In this document: one piece after another, positions 12,860 to 26,488 of the stretch
How the letters are laid out: each line of letters opens with the position of its first letter
Position numbering within the stretch: position 1 is the stretch's first letter
Origin: Gekko japonicus
Taxonomy: Eukaryota
NCBI RefSeq assembly: GCF_001447785.1
Contig: NW_015172015.1
Location: 122,185-186,184, forward strand
Reading direction: 5' to 3'
Length of the DNA stretch: 64,000 bases
Notes under the pieces: generated by a model
The model's database searches: none
What the model was told of the DNA's origin: nothing
Seen by the model: only the letters and a program-made list of their open reading frames with translations
Translations under genes and position numbers: made by a program

Positions 12860-15800
12860 AGGAAGGATTGAACTTGGGCTGGGTGGACTTAGCAGGGGAG
12901 GCCATAATAATGTTGGGGATTCTGGTGATTGGGGGGCGTGGGAGGTATGGCAGTGGGGCATGGCATTATAAAGGAAGGAGATGGAGATATGGTTCCTCTT
13001 GGTCTCCTTCCAACCTTCGTCCCATCCTGAAGGATGCTGATAGAGGGGCTAGGAAAAATGGCCCTTCTCCAACACTGATGTTGTGCAATGCCAGGTCTAT
13101 TGATAACAAGACATTCTCCAGAACTATCTTGCAGCTCAAAATGTAGACCTGGCATGCGTGACCGAGACCTGAGTGCAGGAGGACGAAACTGTGTTGCCCT
13201 TAACCAGCTCCCCCCTCCCCCCGCCGTTACTCAGTCCTTCATCAGTCTCGGTCTAATGGGTACGGGGGGTGGCATTGTTCATTCAGGAGTCTTTCTCCTT
13301 CAGGGCTCTCCCCGCAACAAAAATTACCGGCATTGAATGTGTAGGTCTAGTGTGGAAGACTGAGGAGAGTCTGGCTATCTGGCTGGTGTACTGACCGCCT
13401 AATGCACTAGCGGATACCCTGCCGGGCCTGCTGGAGGCAATATCAGGCTGGGTGCTGGAGTACCCTAGGCTACTGGTCTTGGGGAACTTCAGTGTCCATA
13501 ATGTTATCCATGGCAGCCCTGGGATTCTCCCAATTTGTATCAGCTCCCACATATCAAGTAGGCCACATGCTGGATCTTATTTGGGGGGCGGGGATAGATG
13601 TGGAGCTGACGGTCACAGAGGCAGTGTGGTCAGACCACTTTGCTCTGAAGGCCCAGCTGAACACCTCACCCCCTCCCTGTTTAAGCGGCGAACTAATTTA
13701 TGCTCACCTGTGGAGTCTAATGGATCCTATTGGTTTCCAGAATGCTCTGCGGAATCCAATGCCCCCTGGCGATTCATTAGATGAGCTGGTAGAGGACTGG
13801 CGTAGTCATCTCTTGGAAGCCATTGATGAAATCGCTCCCCAGAGCCCTCTTTGCCCCCGCTCCAAACAAGCCCCTTGGTATACTCCAGAGCTTTGGAGGA
13901 TGAAGCAGGAACGAAGATGGTTAAAGCGAGGGTAGCGGTGTACTTGTGACGAAGCTGCAAGAACAACTTTTAGGATGCTTATGAAAGCCTATGAGATGGC
14001 AGTGAAGGCTGCTAAAAAGGAATTCTATGCAGCCCCTATTGTGTTCGCTAGCTCTCGCCCAGCCCAATTGTTTAGGACAATTAGGTCTTTAACTTCCCTA
14101 CCACAAGGGAAACAAAATGACAAGGAGTTGGCTATTGGCAGTGAGGCATTTGCAAGCTATTTCATGGATAAAGTTTTGTCGCTGTGCCAGGATCTCTCTG
14201 CCACAGTTGAAACAGTATGCGAAGTCCCTTGGCTGTCTTCCAGTCCAGTGCTGGACCAATTCAGCCGACTCTCTCAGGAAGAGGTTGACAAGACCCTGGC
14301 AGCCGTGAAGCCCACCACTTGGATCCATGCCCATTTTGGCTTATTAAAGCCTGTAGGGACTGAATTCAGGCTTCCCTGGGTGATATTATCAACTTGTCCC
14401 TGCTGTCTGTGACATTCCCAGAGTGCCTTAAGGAGGCAGTGGTGCAACCACTCTTGAAAAAAATCATCACTGGACCCTATGGTCCTAGCTAACTACTGTC
14501 CAGTATCAAACCTTCTATTCCTGGGCAAGGTAGTTGAGAGAGTGGTAGCTGAGCAACTCCACATGTTCGTGGATAACTCCATCTTGGATCCATTTCAGTC
14601 TGGCTTCCACCTGGGCCTGTACTGGTCACCCTCACAGACAACCTCCGGAGACACCTGGATCAATGTAGGATCAAGGTAGGTAGGCGCTGCTTGTGTTACT
14701 CGACCTAACAGCAGCTTTTGACACAATCATTAACGATCTTCTGACTCACCACCTTGCTGATGTAGGGATACAGGGAACTGCCTTGCAGTGGCTGTCCTCC
14801 TTTCTCCATGGTCGGTGACAGAGGGTGGCACTAGGGGAGAGGGCCTTGCTACATTACCCTATGGTATGTAGCATCATACAAAGGGTGATCCTCTCCCCAA
14901 TGTTATTTAACATCTATATGCACCCCCCTTGCCCAGTTAATCCAGGGGGTTAGGCTGGGTTGTCACCAGTACACACTGATGACACCCAGCTGTATCTGTT
15001 GATGGACAGATGGACTTCCACCCCAGTTATTTTGGGTAGGGCTTCAGAGGCTGTGGCTGATTGGTTACAACAGAGCCAGCTAAAACTTAATCCAGCTAAG
15101 ATGGAGGTCCTGTTTCTGAGTTGTGGGGGGATGGTTTTGGGTGACTCCCAGCTCTTGATGGGGCACTGCTGATGCCGGTGCCAATGGTGAGGAGTTTGGG
15201 AGTAATCCTGGATACCTCCCTTTCTATGGAGGCCCAGATCACTAATACTGCCAGGTCAGCCTCTTAGCATCTTTGGCTGATCAGCTAAGTGGTCCCTTAC
15301 CTTTCCTCCCATGACTTGGCAACAGTGATCCATGAAATGGTCACTTCCAGGCTTGACTACCGCAACTCGCTCTATGTGGGCCTACCCTTAAGCCTGACCT
15401 GGAAGCTTCAGCTGGTACAAAATGCAGTGGCATGAATGCTGACTGGGACATCTGTGTAGACGTAGATTAAGCCAGTGCTGCGCCAGCTGCACTGGTTACT
15501 GATTGAGTACTGAATCAGGTTTAAGGTTATGGTGCTAACCTTTAAGGCCCTATGTGGCCAGGGACCGGCATATCTGCAGGACCACATCTCCCCATATGTG
15601 CCCCAAAGAGACTTGCACCGTTTGGTAGTCCCTGGCCCAAAAGATGTCCATCTTACCTCGACCAGGCCAGGGCCTGGTGGAACATGTTCCCTTTAGGATT
15701 TATTGCAATTCTGCGGGGCCTATCAAACAGAGCTGTTTCGCCAGGCCTTTGGCTGAGGCAGTAGATGTCAAATAACATCAGCTTCTCCTGCCTCAAGTGC

Positions 15801-16095
15801 TTCATGTGCTCCATAGCATGATTTAGATCATTGGTGCTACGAACAGCACTTATTCCACCAAATGATCCACTGCCCCTCCTGGCATAAGTGTAGGATACTG
15901 GAATGGAAATTCATTACTGAGCTGCTAATAGATATTTAAATGATTAATTTAAATTTTAAACTGGTTAAAGTTATTTTATTGTTATAATGTTTTTATGAAT
16001 TATTGTTCTGTAAGTTGATGTGAGTTGCCCTGAGCCCACTTGTGGGGTAGGGTGGGGTAAAAATCCCAAAATAAATAAAACGAATGAATAAATAA
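12860..16095 (+). mobile_element. Decayed, near-complete L2-clade LINE ORF2 with AT-rich tail
   Basis: Fragmented frames with CNARSI, LVLGNF, YCPVSNLLFLGKVVE, DDTQLYL; (TAAA)-like tail. Confidence 0.85.
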
Positions 16096-16348
16096 GAGAA
16101 CTATGGCTTAAATAAGCCTCCATCACACACTACACAAAATTTTGAAAGATATTATTTACTGAGAGACAATGTGATTTCTTTCTTTATGCAGGGCTTTTCA
16201 GCCTGTACTATCACCCATCAAGTAAGTGGCTCAAGAACTCATAGTGGATGAAACAACCACCATAGCTTCTCTCTTTCATTCACACCACACAGAAATACAC
16301 GATTATATTAACACCGTGCTTCTAAAGCATAGGTAGACGCGCACTCGC

Positions 16349-16486
16349 CTCCTCCAGCCGGCACCGCAGCCTCTCGCGCTTCTTTCGAAGCCGCTCCAGG
16401 TCGCGCACGATCTCCTGACATCCAGACAAAAGCAAGGCCTCGTCGGGGCTCCGCTCAGCCATCGGCTTGTACAGGATCCGGGACAC
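16349..16486 (-). CDS. SIRT7: Sirtuin 7, coding exon 2 (138 nt, GC donor)
   Basis: tcag|VSRILYKPMAERSPDEALLLSGCQEIVRDLERLRKKRERLRCRLEE; ends GAG|GCGAGT; phase 0 matches exon 3. Confidence 0.88.
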
Positions 16487-16568
16487 CTGACGTCGAATAA
16501 CAGAACAGAGGGGATGAGGGAGCCTGCGCCGGGCGCAAGATCAGCCGGCGGAACCGCCCCTTCCCTAC

Positions 16569-16664
16569 CTGCCGACGTCGCTCTCGCTGCTCTTCTTGGC
16601 GGAGGAGCTCGGCGCGCGCCGCCGCTTTCCGCTCCGAGCGACTCAAACTCCTACCAGCCGCCAT
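16569..16664 (-). CDS. SIRT7: Sirtuin 7, coding exon 1
   Basis: ATG at 16664; MAAGRSLSRSERKAAARAELLRQEEQRERRRQ resembles the SIRT7 N-terminus; donor CAG|GTAGGG; lies in a CpG island. Confidence 0.93.
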
Positions 16665-18077
16665 CGCCTCCGTCGCTTCCGCGTACCTAGCAGCCCAGCC
16701 AGTGGTTCCAGCTACTTCGACTTCCGGCCGCCTGGAACACTGAGACGGAATACTAGAGCGCCTTTCTCGCTGCCATTGTTTTCGACTCCCCGGAGGAAGG
16801 ATATGATTCCAGAACTTCCGGCTCTACCATAGAGTCTGCTCCACTGTGACGTCCAATACAAAGTATATATAATAGCTTCACTATAGAGAGGCCAAGGGAT
16901 AGAGCGACGCCACTCAATTCACCGCCCTCTTTAGGATGGCCGTAGACAATCCTGAACAATGCTGACTTGCGGGGTCCATCGGCCGGGGAACGGGAACAGG
17001 AACAGCCGTGGTTTAACAAGACCGGAAGTGCAGTCGGCCTACGTCCGCCTGTTGTCGAAGTCTAACTTTCGTTGCGCTCCTCGGACAAGTTTATATAACG
17101 TCAGCTCTAGCAAAACAATCTTATTTCTGCGAAGTTTTACAGAGGAAAACATACTGCAGCCAGTTTGCTACAATCACTGATGTTCAGGGCACGAGTATAC
17201 AAATAATAGCCGTAGATACATAGAAAGGAGGGAAAGATAGGAAATTGTTATGCTAAGAACATTTTAACCTGTGCTGATTATTTGTGGAGGTGATGACCCT
17301 TATTGCATGGAAAGGATTCTCCTGAACTGCTGATATCAGGTCTACATCTATTAGCACAGTCTCCCACCTCCCCACAAGCCCTACACCACTCTAAGGAATT
17401 TCCACACCCTGAAGTTAAACTTTAATTCTACCAAGTTAAAGTTAGGCCTCTGGGCTTGTAAAAGGAATCGAAACCTTCTGAACAGGAAATCTACTAACTC
17501 AGTGCTTTACTTGTAGACATTTCCCAACAGGAGATGAAGAATATAAAAGGCAAAGTCATCGCTGCTCACAGCAGTCAGAGTTGAAAATGTCTAGGTAGAT
17601 AAGCGTAAAAGACCTCTTTTATAAATTTGCTTTTTCATAGTTTAAGCTTCTACCCACGATTTGGATAATTTTATTAGCTTTTCTCGGAATGGGGTGGGGG
17701 ATGCAGCCAAGCAAAGAAGGGTTGCTTAGTCTGTGCCCTTCTTCAAGGATTCTTGGAAGCAACTCTCTGGCTACTGTTGGAGACAAATGCTGGACCATTT
17801 AAAGTTATAGACTACCAGGGTTATTTTAATGTTCTTTAATGCATTACACTTGCATGCAATTTCGTTTACTAAATTAGGGGGGGGAGTGGTATTTTTACAT
17901 TGCTAATTCGTGCTTTAAAAGCTTGCCTATTTGGTCAGTTGGCCACAGTCTTAACCATTCAGAAGTCTATCTTGTTATCTCAGAATTTTTTCAGGCCAGA
18001 ATCGTTTCTAGAACACAGAGTATGAATATATGTGCACTAGAACAAGAAATTATGAAGCAGGACAGCATATTTGGACA

Positions 18078-18352
18078 GCCAGTTTGGTGTAGTGGTTAAG
18101 AACGCGGACTCTAATCTGGGAGAGCCGGGTTTGATTCCCCACGCCTCTACATGCAGCTGCTGGTGTGACCTTGGGTCAGTCATAAATTCTTTCAGAGCTC
18201 TTCTCTCATGAGCAGTTCTCAAAAGAGCTCTCTCAGCCCCACCTACCCCACAGGGTGTCTGTTGTGGGGAGGGGAAGGGAAAGGATAGTGTAATCCGCTC
18301 TGAGACTCCTTTAGGTAGCGAAGGGTGAGGTATAAATCTAATCTCTTCATCT
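18078..18352 (+). mobile_element. tRNA-derived SINE (Squam3-like)
   Basis: Same head and body as the 8002 copy. Confidence 0.85.
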
Positions 18353-19209
18353 TTTAATGTATTCAGCTATTGTGCACTTCCTTTTCAATGTACATCTTCA
18401 AGAATTCAGGATTACCTGAAACGGTTTTTAAAAAATCAGAGTAGATTGATGCACTGTTCTGACAGCCTTAATAACTCCAGGATACTTCTTCTTTTCACCA
18501 GCATCTGCAAACAAGGTAGTGCCTGTAGTTCCCAATGGAACTTCACTGAGCATCCAATATATCATAAATCTGAGAGCACTAATTTCAACCCCAGCAGAAG
18601 AACTATGCTGACATTTAGGACAGGATGCTTACAACCCCATCCTATGCACATTTACTTAGAAATAAGTCCCACAATTTAGGATACTTAGCCATAGACACCA
18701 GAGAAAAATTATTTCAGATATGTCAATTTAAGGTTAATTAACAAGCATAAGAACCTTTAGGGATACTTTATCCAAGTTCGATAGCCCACTAAATACCTCT
18801 GTATCGATGAGATCTACAAACTATTCCTTTTGTGGATATTTAGAATGTAACTCATTCCTACTAGTAATGTTCCACCACATTTCACATAACAGGCAGAATG
18901 CCAACAGATATGCTAAGTAATTCTTTCTTTACACTTGTTAAGTACAACATCTAGCACTTCCAGTGGGAGGGGAAGATCCCTACTAAAGTTCATTCATTTG
19001 AATTGTGACAAAAATGATAATTATATATATTGTGCTAAAGCAGATCATCTAGGAAGTCTCCAGTACTCAGAACAGGAAACCATTTTGGTTTTTCACAACA
19101 GGAAAGAAAGTTGCCCTTTACTGCATACCAATAGTCAAACCTGAAGAACTTCAATCAGCATGGGAAAACAAATCTGCCAGCCCAAAGCTGGTCAGTAACA
19201 GGATAGGGA

Positions 19210-22200
19210 ACAGCCTCTTTAAAGATGTTTATTGGTCATATACAAAATAAAGAATGTTTCATATCAACAAACATACACTATATACATAAATAAATTAACA
19301 ACACCTCCACTGGGGCTGTGTCAACAAATTCCCCAACAGTTATCAGATATCTACAGATTTTAAAAGGACAATAATTTAGCAATAAATACTGATTAATTAG
19401 TTGGGCTCCACTGTTGTACAACAGAGCTCCAGGACTTGACAATATGCTATTACACCCCTGTCACATAGAATTTATCTCCAGTTTTATTAACTTAGGAGAT
19501 TCTTTTAAATCAAAATATTTGTCTTCTCCTTTTAAGAAACATTTGAAAGCAGCAGTGAATTTATCATCAATATCTTGTAAGGGCCACATTCTCAGCACCT
19601 CAAAGGTGGGAAGAAATGCCCTCAGCCTATTTCATTAAGTGCTCTGAATATCATCTCTCTTGTTTCTCCATAACATTCCAGTTTGGCAAAGGGTATAATA
19701 AGCTCAGAGCAAACTGCAGGTAAGGGTGAGGACAATTAGAGTTTGGTTTCACACCACCTTAGGATCACAACTACTCTTACCCAAGCCAGGCAGTAACTTA
19801 CCTTCTTTGGGAATGAGGAGACTACTCGCTCAATAGCTGCACAATTTCATTCACACAGGTAACAGCCACAAGCATCCAAAGTTCATATACATGAGCTAAA
19901 GGGGGCAGGGAGAGGAGAAAATTCATCTTCCCTCATTCGAAGAACTTGTCAAAAGTTCACAGCTAGATTGCTATAAGATCTTCTCCTGGTCTCTATGAGG
20001 AGGAGCAATACTGTGTTTGCAGCCCTAGCCCCTCTTTGCGTTATCAGAGGAAGCAGCTATGTTACCAAACAGGAAAGGAATAGTCCTATGAAATAGCATA
20101 TGTTCTTACTGACAGACTTGAGACATCAGGAAAATGTGAGAATGCATCTGCTAGTAAATTCTTCCATCCTGCAGATGAAGGGAACGCAACATACCACTAG
20201 AGCTTACCTACAATTCACACACAGTGTAAACCTTCATCAGTATACAAGGGTGCTGGCTTGGTTTGTAGGTGGTACAAAGAGATGCCATCCTGCAACTTCT
20301 CTGGAGTGTGCCAAATACATAAAGGACACAAAAACAAACAAACAAGGAATACCAGGAATGCAGTGTCTTATTTGCACAAGTGCACACACATGCACACAAA
20401 CATCCCAAGAGCACATGCCCCAAATACTAACTGAGCAGTCTCTGTGCCCAAATGTCAAGTAGCCTGGCTCCTAGCCTGCAGTGTTCCCGCTGCTTTTTTA
20501 GAGAGGAAGTAGTAATTATTTTATAATCCTAGAGATCACTTTTACACAGTTCACCACAACATAAACAAGCCCCCAACCTACCCCCAGCACAAGTCAGCCA
20601 CAAGTGGGCGGAATTATACTTCACAGGTTTGCTCTGCAGCCAGGTTGAAGGAAAAGGTCCCTCACCTGTTGCATCAAACAAAATGCCCAATAAAGGAGAA
20701 ATAAAATCACAACACTCTTCACAGCAGGAAAACCAAACAAAGAAACAAGCACCTTGAAAACAAGAACTGTCACACTTTGAATGCTATATACCAGAGAGAG
20801 AAACTGTGGGTGAGGGCTTAAGAGAGATACCTGGGATGGAAAGAACACAGGATGAACTCAGGAATACCAGAAGCAGACACAACTGAACATGGGTGGGGGA
20901 AGATGGCAGGTGCAAAGGATCCCTGGGCACTGGAAGATTCCCCATTTAAATTTCAGCCCCTTAAATGTTCCAGAGCTATAAGGTAACTTCCTGCAACAAA
21001 CCTGACTGCGGACAGCTTCACACTTTTGAAGACTTAAAAGGCGCAAGAAGCGCAATTCTAAAGAGATTTGCAATAGGGAGACATCTAATATTACCTGAAA
21101 TCTAACAGGGAAGTAAACAACTCATTAAAAGGAAGCAGCAATGGAAGCCCAGGCAACTCCAGGGAGCAGTTAAAATGTGTTTAGAATGATATGACCATGA
21201 CAGCATTAGTTTCAAGAGAGCCAACATGGATTTCTGAACTGTTCATTTTGCTGAAGAGATATTTATATCCTAAAAAGGGAGCCATACAAAGCACATTAAC
21301 ACACAAGCTGAATTTAAAATACCAAAGTATGGAACTATCACAAGTATCATTATACTAGTTTTCCTGGGGCTGTAAGCAAATACAGTACAGAGAAGCACAA
21401 CACTGTGAAATAGGCAGATTCTTGAGGTCAGACAGCAAGAATAGAATTGCTATCAGTGAGCTCAACAGTCCAGGCTACATAACTCCCCTTTGTGCAACTC
21501 ATGGATCAGGAGACCTAAAATTTAATTTTAGTGCCCACCAGTGTTTCCTCTAAGCTGAGTTAGTGTGAGCTAGCTCGCAGTTTTTTAGCCTCCGGCTCAC
21601 ACATTTTTGTCTTAGCTCAGGAAGGATGGCTCCGGAGCAAACTAATTTATGCAGTAGCCAAATCACTTGCTCACAGCTTTAATGCAAATAGCTCACAAAG
21701 TAGAAATTTTGCTCCCAAGACTCCATAGCTTAGAGGGAACATTGGACTGCCCACACCTTCCTTCTCAATTTAGTGATCAGAAAGCCCAGGTTATGTGCTA
21801 TTGTGTTTTACAAGTCTGACAAGTGTGCATAAATATTGCTTACTCAGATTACATCTGTTTGGTTTTCAGAGAATTTGGATTTCTTTGGCAAGGACTAGAA
21901 GGTGTAGGGCGATGGAAGAAAGAAAATATACACAGCATAGGGGGATGAAGAGGAATGTGTGGATAAAGGCAGAGGGATAAGAAATAGTGAACGGTAGGAA
22001 AGCTCTGGACACAACAACCTCAGAGAGACCAACACTTGTTTCTAAACCTTTCAAACCAGAGGTATCATCAGCTTCGAGTCGTCTCTGTATTTTTGCAGTC
22101 CCTTCTCCAACATGGCCCGCAGCATCCCCAATACACTCCACAAAGCTCAATCATTTTCAGAGTCAGAAACCTACTGGTCTTAGCTGAGGAAGGTTTTGGG

Positions 22201-25200
22201 CTTCCCAAGAGCTACCAGTATAAGCCCCAGCAATAGACCCTTTACTTGTTCTTTTTAAATATAAGTAAGTAAAGCAGGGATTGTGAATTTTGGTAGAATC
22301 TTCAGCCAAGGCAGCCTTGTGTCTACACCAGAGCTCCTTCCTCATTCTTTTCCCTTTCTTTGCAGCTTATTCCCAAGTTGCTCTTTGCACATTTGCAATT
22401 CACAGGTACAGACAGAAGTACCCCACACTATCAAGGCATGGCAAAACACTAGCTGGCATGTTTACAAGGAGACTGAGTGAGAAAAAGGAGCCCCAGCCTA
22501 TCATTTCAAGCTGCAAGCGTGCAACAGTAAGAGTTCATAGCAGAGGATTATGAGTACATACAGGTATGTCTTGAGCTGGAAGCTCACAATGGATCTGCCT
22601 TCACACCTCTTTTTGTACTAGCTTCCAAACTAAATGGAGCTCTAGAGTTACTAATTCTATTTCCAGCAGAATCCACATGGTACAGACTGCTAAATGGCTG
22701 GCCCCTGCAACAATCACAAATCCACTGTCTCCCTACCACCACTATCCACCTAGAAGAGCATGTTCAATTTGTTTTGTTTTTAAAGAGCACCAAGAATGTT
22801 TTAAGTCAACAGTCATGCCAGGTGCCTGAAATGTTTTTAAAAATCCAGAAATCTGCACAAAACGGGAGTTGTTGGGTGCACAGGTCAATAGAGAAGTGAA
22901 GATGGGGAGAAGCAGAGCTTGTCCCACAGCAGAAAAAAACTACACTGACTATGGTAGTATACATATGCACTCAAAGAGAGCCAGCAGACATCAGAAGAGG
23001 GGCAGCGTATCCTCTTTTAAAGCTTTCTTTCCTTCCTTGCCTCCACTGTAAGTATTGCCCTGCCCAGGGCCCAAGCTCTGACACTCCTGCATTGAGTGGG
23101 CATTAAGAAGAGGAGTCTTGAGGAACTGTTTTTCATTCAAATGAGGTGAAACTTCTGGTGTAATCACCAGAGACTGTGCTTGGACATCTGCTAAGCAGAA
23201 ATTTGTCTTTCCATCTCATTTGAATCTGACACCCCTTCTTTACACGCACATTACGCTTTTCCCCAGTGATGCAGCCAAGAGGCCAAAGAGTCTGTTAACA
23301 TGAAAGCTGGCATTTTTACAGTTCTGAAAAGCTGTCAGGTTCTCTGCTGCCCTACATCAGCCATACACATTTCTAGATCTTATAGACATGATCTAGATTA
23401 TACAACTCAGGACCAGGCTACTGCCAGTCAGAAGATAGATGGTGAGCATGGTTTAACTAGCACACAGAGACCATGTGTGTGAGAGGCTCTGAACACATTT
23501 TCTCTTCCAGCATTTGATAACTTACCAGCAGTCACTCACTATGCTGGCTCTGAAGACAATTCATTTGCCTACAGAGCCTCCATTTTTAAATGCCCACCTA
23601 TAGCAATTTTAAATAACACATACTGAGCACAACATGTTCTTTCTCAATAAGGGAATTTCTGGTTAGCAACACAGAAGGTACCACTTCTCCTTCCCAATCA
23701 AAAGAAATTGTTGAATGGCAGCCAGGAGCAGTCAGAGCTTCTTTATAGAACTCAAGGACTAGGTTTCCAGTGATACTTTCTAAACATCCAGTAGACAGCA
23801 CAGCGAAACTGAACTTTCCTGGGTCACACTGACCACCACAGACTCCTTAACCTTTATACCACTTCCTGTTCACCTTCCTAAGCATTTCCAAATATGCCAA
23901 AGGAGGGAAAGGAAAAGGAAATGAATGTAGTACCAGCAGCAGAAGAATCCTGCCCCAAGAGTGTACCAACAGGAATAATGTATGAAGGCCAACTCTAAGT
24001 TAACACTGCTTCTTAGGATATACTTCCATCTTTATTAAGCAGCAGTAAAGTGGCCTATTCAATCCACACTTTTGTTGTCGACAGTGACTGTGATCTTTGG
24101 AGAGATCCAGGATCAGCAAGGAAGCAAACTCTGGGAGCTGTGACCCAAGTGAAAGCAGTACTGTCTGCCAGCTGTCATCAAGCAGTTTTGATAACATCTT
24201 AGAAGAGCAGACTGACCTCAAGCTTCAGTGACCTGGGAAGACAATTCCTCTGACTGGAAAACTGCTCCACGAGGCAGAACCTTCAGAATGTCAATAGGGA
24301 ATGCCCAGCAAAATCTCTGCACTCAGCCCAGGAAAAGCAAGCACAAAAAAATGCTCCAAGGACACCCACACAGCAAAGTTGGCCATTGGCAGCATCACAT
24401 CACAGCGCCACACAAGACCTCAGAGCACAAACAACTCAACACAATGGGAGCACAAAAGAAGCAGGTGAGGAGTTCAAGAATAAGTCACTTTTGGTACAAT
24501 TGCAAAAAGATATCAAACAGGACTTGCCTTCCCCCCCATGTTATTTATAAATAAAAGTCTGATAACTCTTTATAAAAACCAACCTCAGAGCCACAAAAGC
24601 TTAGTGAGAAACTTTTAAAATTTACTTTTTCTTTTTCAAACTAGCAATTCCTCCGAGAATACGACAATCAAATATTCTCACCCTCTCAGGTGAAAAGGGA
24701 GACTGTCATGTACAAGCTTTGTCCAATTTTAGGTTTGAAAACTTAGATTTCATAATTCTTAAAAATGAATGTTTCTCTCTTAAATAAAGGGCTATTTAAA
24801 CCACATAAACTGGTTGTGTAAACCATCACACTAGAGACACTTGATACTCTTCAAACACACAAAACAACTAGTGATTTTGGTCTTGATCAGTGCAACACAT
24901 TAGGCACAAAACTGGCCTGTAGTCACCATGGTACAGCCTGATAGTCAAGTTAATACAGTGCTCATTCCTGTCTTTTTTCACTTCTTTGCAGCACAGACAC
25001 CAGGAAATTGCAGTTTTGCCACTTCCCTCCCCTTTCAGGAAAAGTCCCAAGGAATCCCACCTTTAAACACAAGAGGCGCAACTAGATGTTAATATAAAAA
25101 TGGTTACACAAACTACCCCCATTACAGTCACTGATACCAAGCAATTTACAAGCAGCAGATTGGACAGCTGACACACAACCCTGGAAGAATAGTATAAATC

Positions 25201-25561
25201 ATCAGAAGATACTGACAGCAGATCTTCTAACTTTCTATGACCTCTGCCCTCCCCCTTTTGGGTTATTCCACCCCAAGACTCTACTCTATGCTGCTGAGAA
25301 TCCCTTTGCCAAGATATCAAGGTCCTCCAGTTTCTGTTCCCAGAATACCCTGGGTGGAAGGTTCTGCTCACACAGAAGGGTTGCATCACCATCAGTCACA
25401 TCAACCAGAACAAAGCTAAAAACAAAGGGACTGCAGTGACAAGCGGGCCAGCATGTGCCTGTGTGGCTGGGCCATCTGGGTGAGGGTTGTGCTTTGGGGA
25501 TTCCGGATGAGCTTTGTGCCTATCTGCCCTGCACACACAAGCCCAGGCGGTGCTCGTTTCA
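19210..25561 (-). other. MAFG: Probable long MAFG 3' UTR (~6.3 kb)
   Basis: Nearly TE-free stretch after the stop codon, ending in an AU-rich block with minus-strand AATAAA at 19228-19233; the end position is inferred. Confidence 0.5.
21539..21744. mobile_element. Second copy of the same MITE, opposite orientation
   Basis: Same TIRs and body; degenerate TGCCCAC duplication; partial third copy at ~50275-50378. Confidence 0.85.
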
Positions 25562-25992
<431 letters not shown>

Positions 25993-26075
25993 CTGCAAGG
26001 ATAGTACGAAGCACACATATCAGTGAAGCTCAGGGAATACGCATTCACAGCTAAGCCCCAGGTTTTTGCCATTAC

Positions 26076-26111
26076 CTTCAAGGCTTTGTTTCCTTTGTTG
26101 GGGGTCGTCAT
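26076..26111 (-). CDS. MAFG: Small Maf bZIP factor MAFG, first coding exon
   Basis: MTTPNKGNKALK; donor AAG|GTAATG; acceptor tgcag ending at 26138 gives an exon of 26076-26137. Confidence 0.96.
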
Positions 26112-26475
26112 AACACGCAAGCCTTCGCAGTCAGCTTCTGCAACGAACAGAATGCAAGACCAGGGGTTACTGACACACTCAAAGTCCTAGAGCACTCATT
26201 CACAGATACCTACTTTTCTGGCCCATCAACTTGGCAGAGAAAGCGGGCAGGGCTCTCTGCTGGAACTAACTCCCATGTGCTCTGCCCAGCACAAGCAAAA
26301 CCAAGAGACTTACAAGAGCTCCTGACCACCTCTGTCCTTGTCAGTCCCACAGCTCCCTATAAAACTTACGAGGCAAATAGCATGGGAGGGCAGGAGGGGA
26401 GGATTAAGAACCTGGGAGGAGCCACAGCAGGATGAAGCTACATTTAAAAATAGCCTGGCAGCCAGGGTCCTGTCA

Positions 26476-26488
26476 TGCTGACTCAGCA
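26476..26488. promoter_or_regulatory. Perfect T-MARE (Maf recognition element)
   Basis: TGCTGACTCAGCA exact 13-mer, ~340 bp upstream of the MAFG exon acceptor. Confidence 0.75.

Larger units (their letters stand above)
16330..17100. promoter_or_regulatory. SIRT7 CpG island/promoter with three ETS (GABP-type) motifs
   Basis: High CpG density over exons 1-2 and upstream; ACTTCCGG at 16720 and 16814, CCGGAAGT at 17022. Confidence 0.8.
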
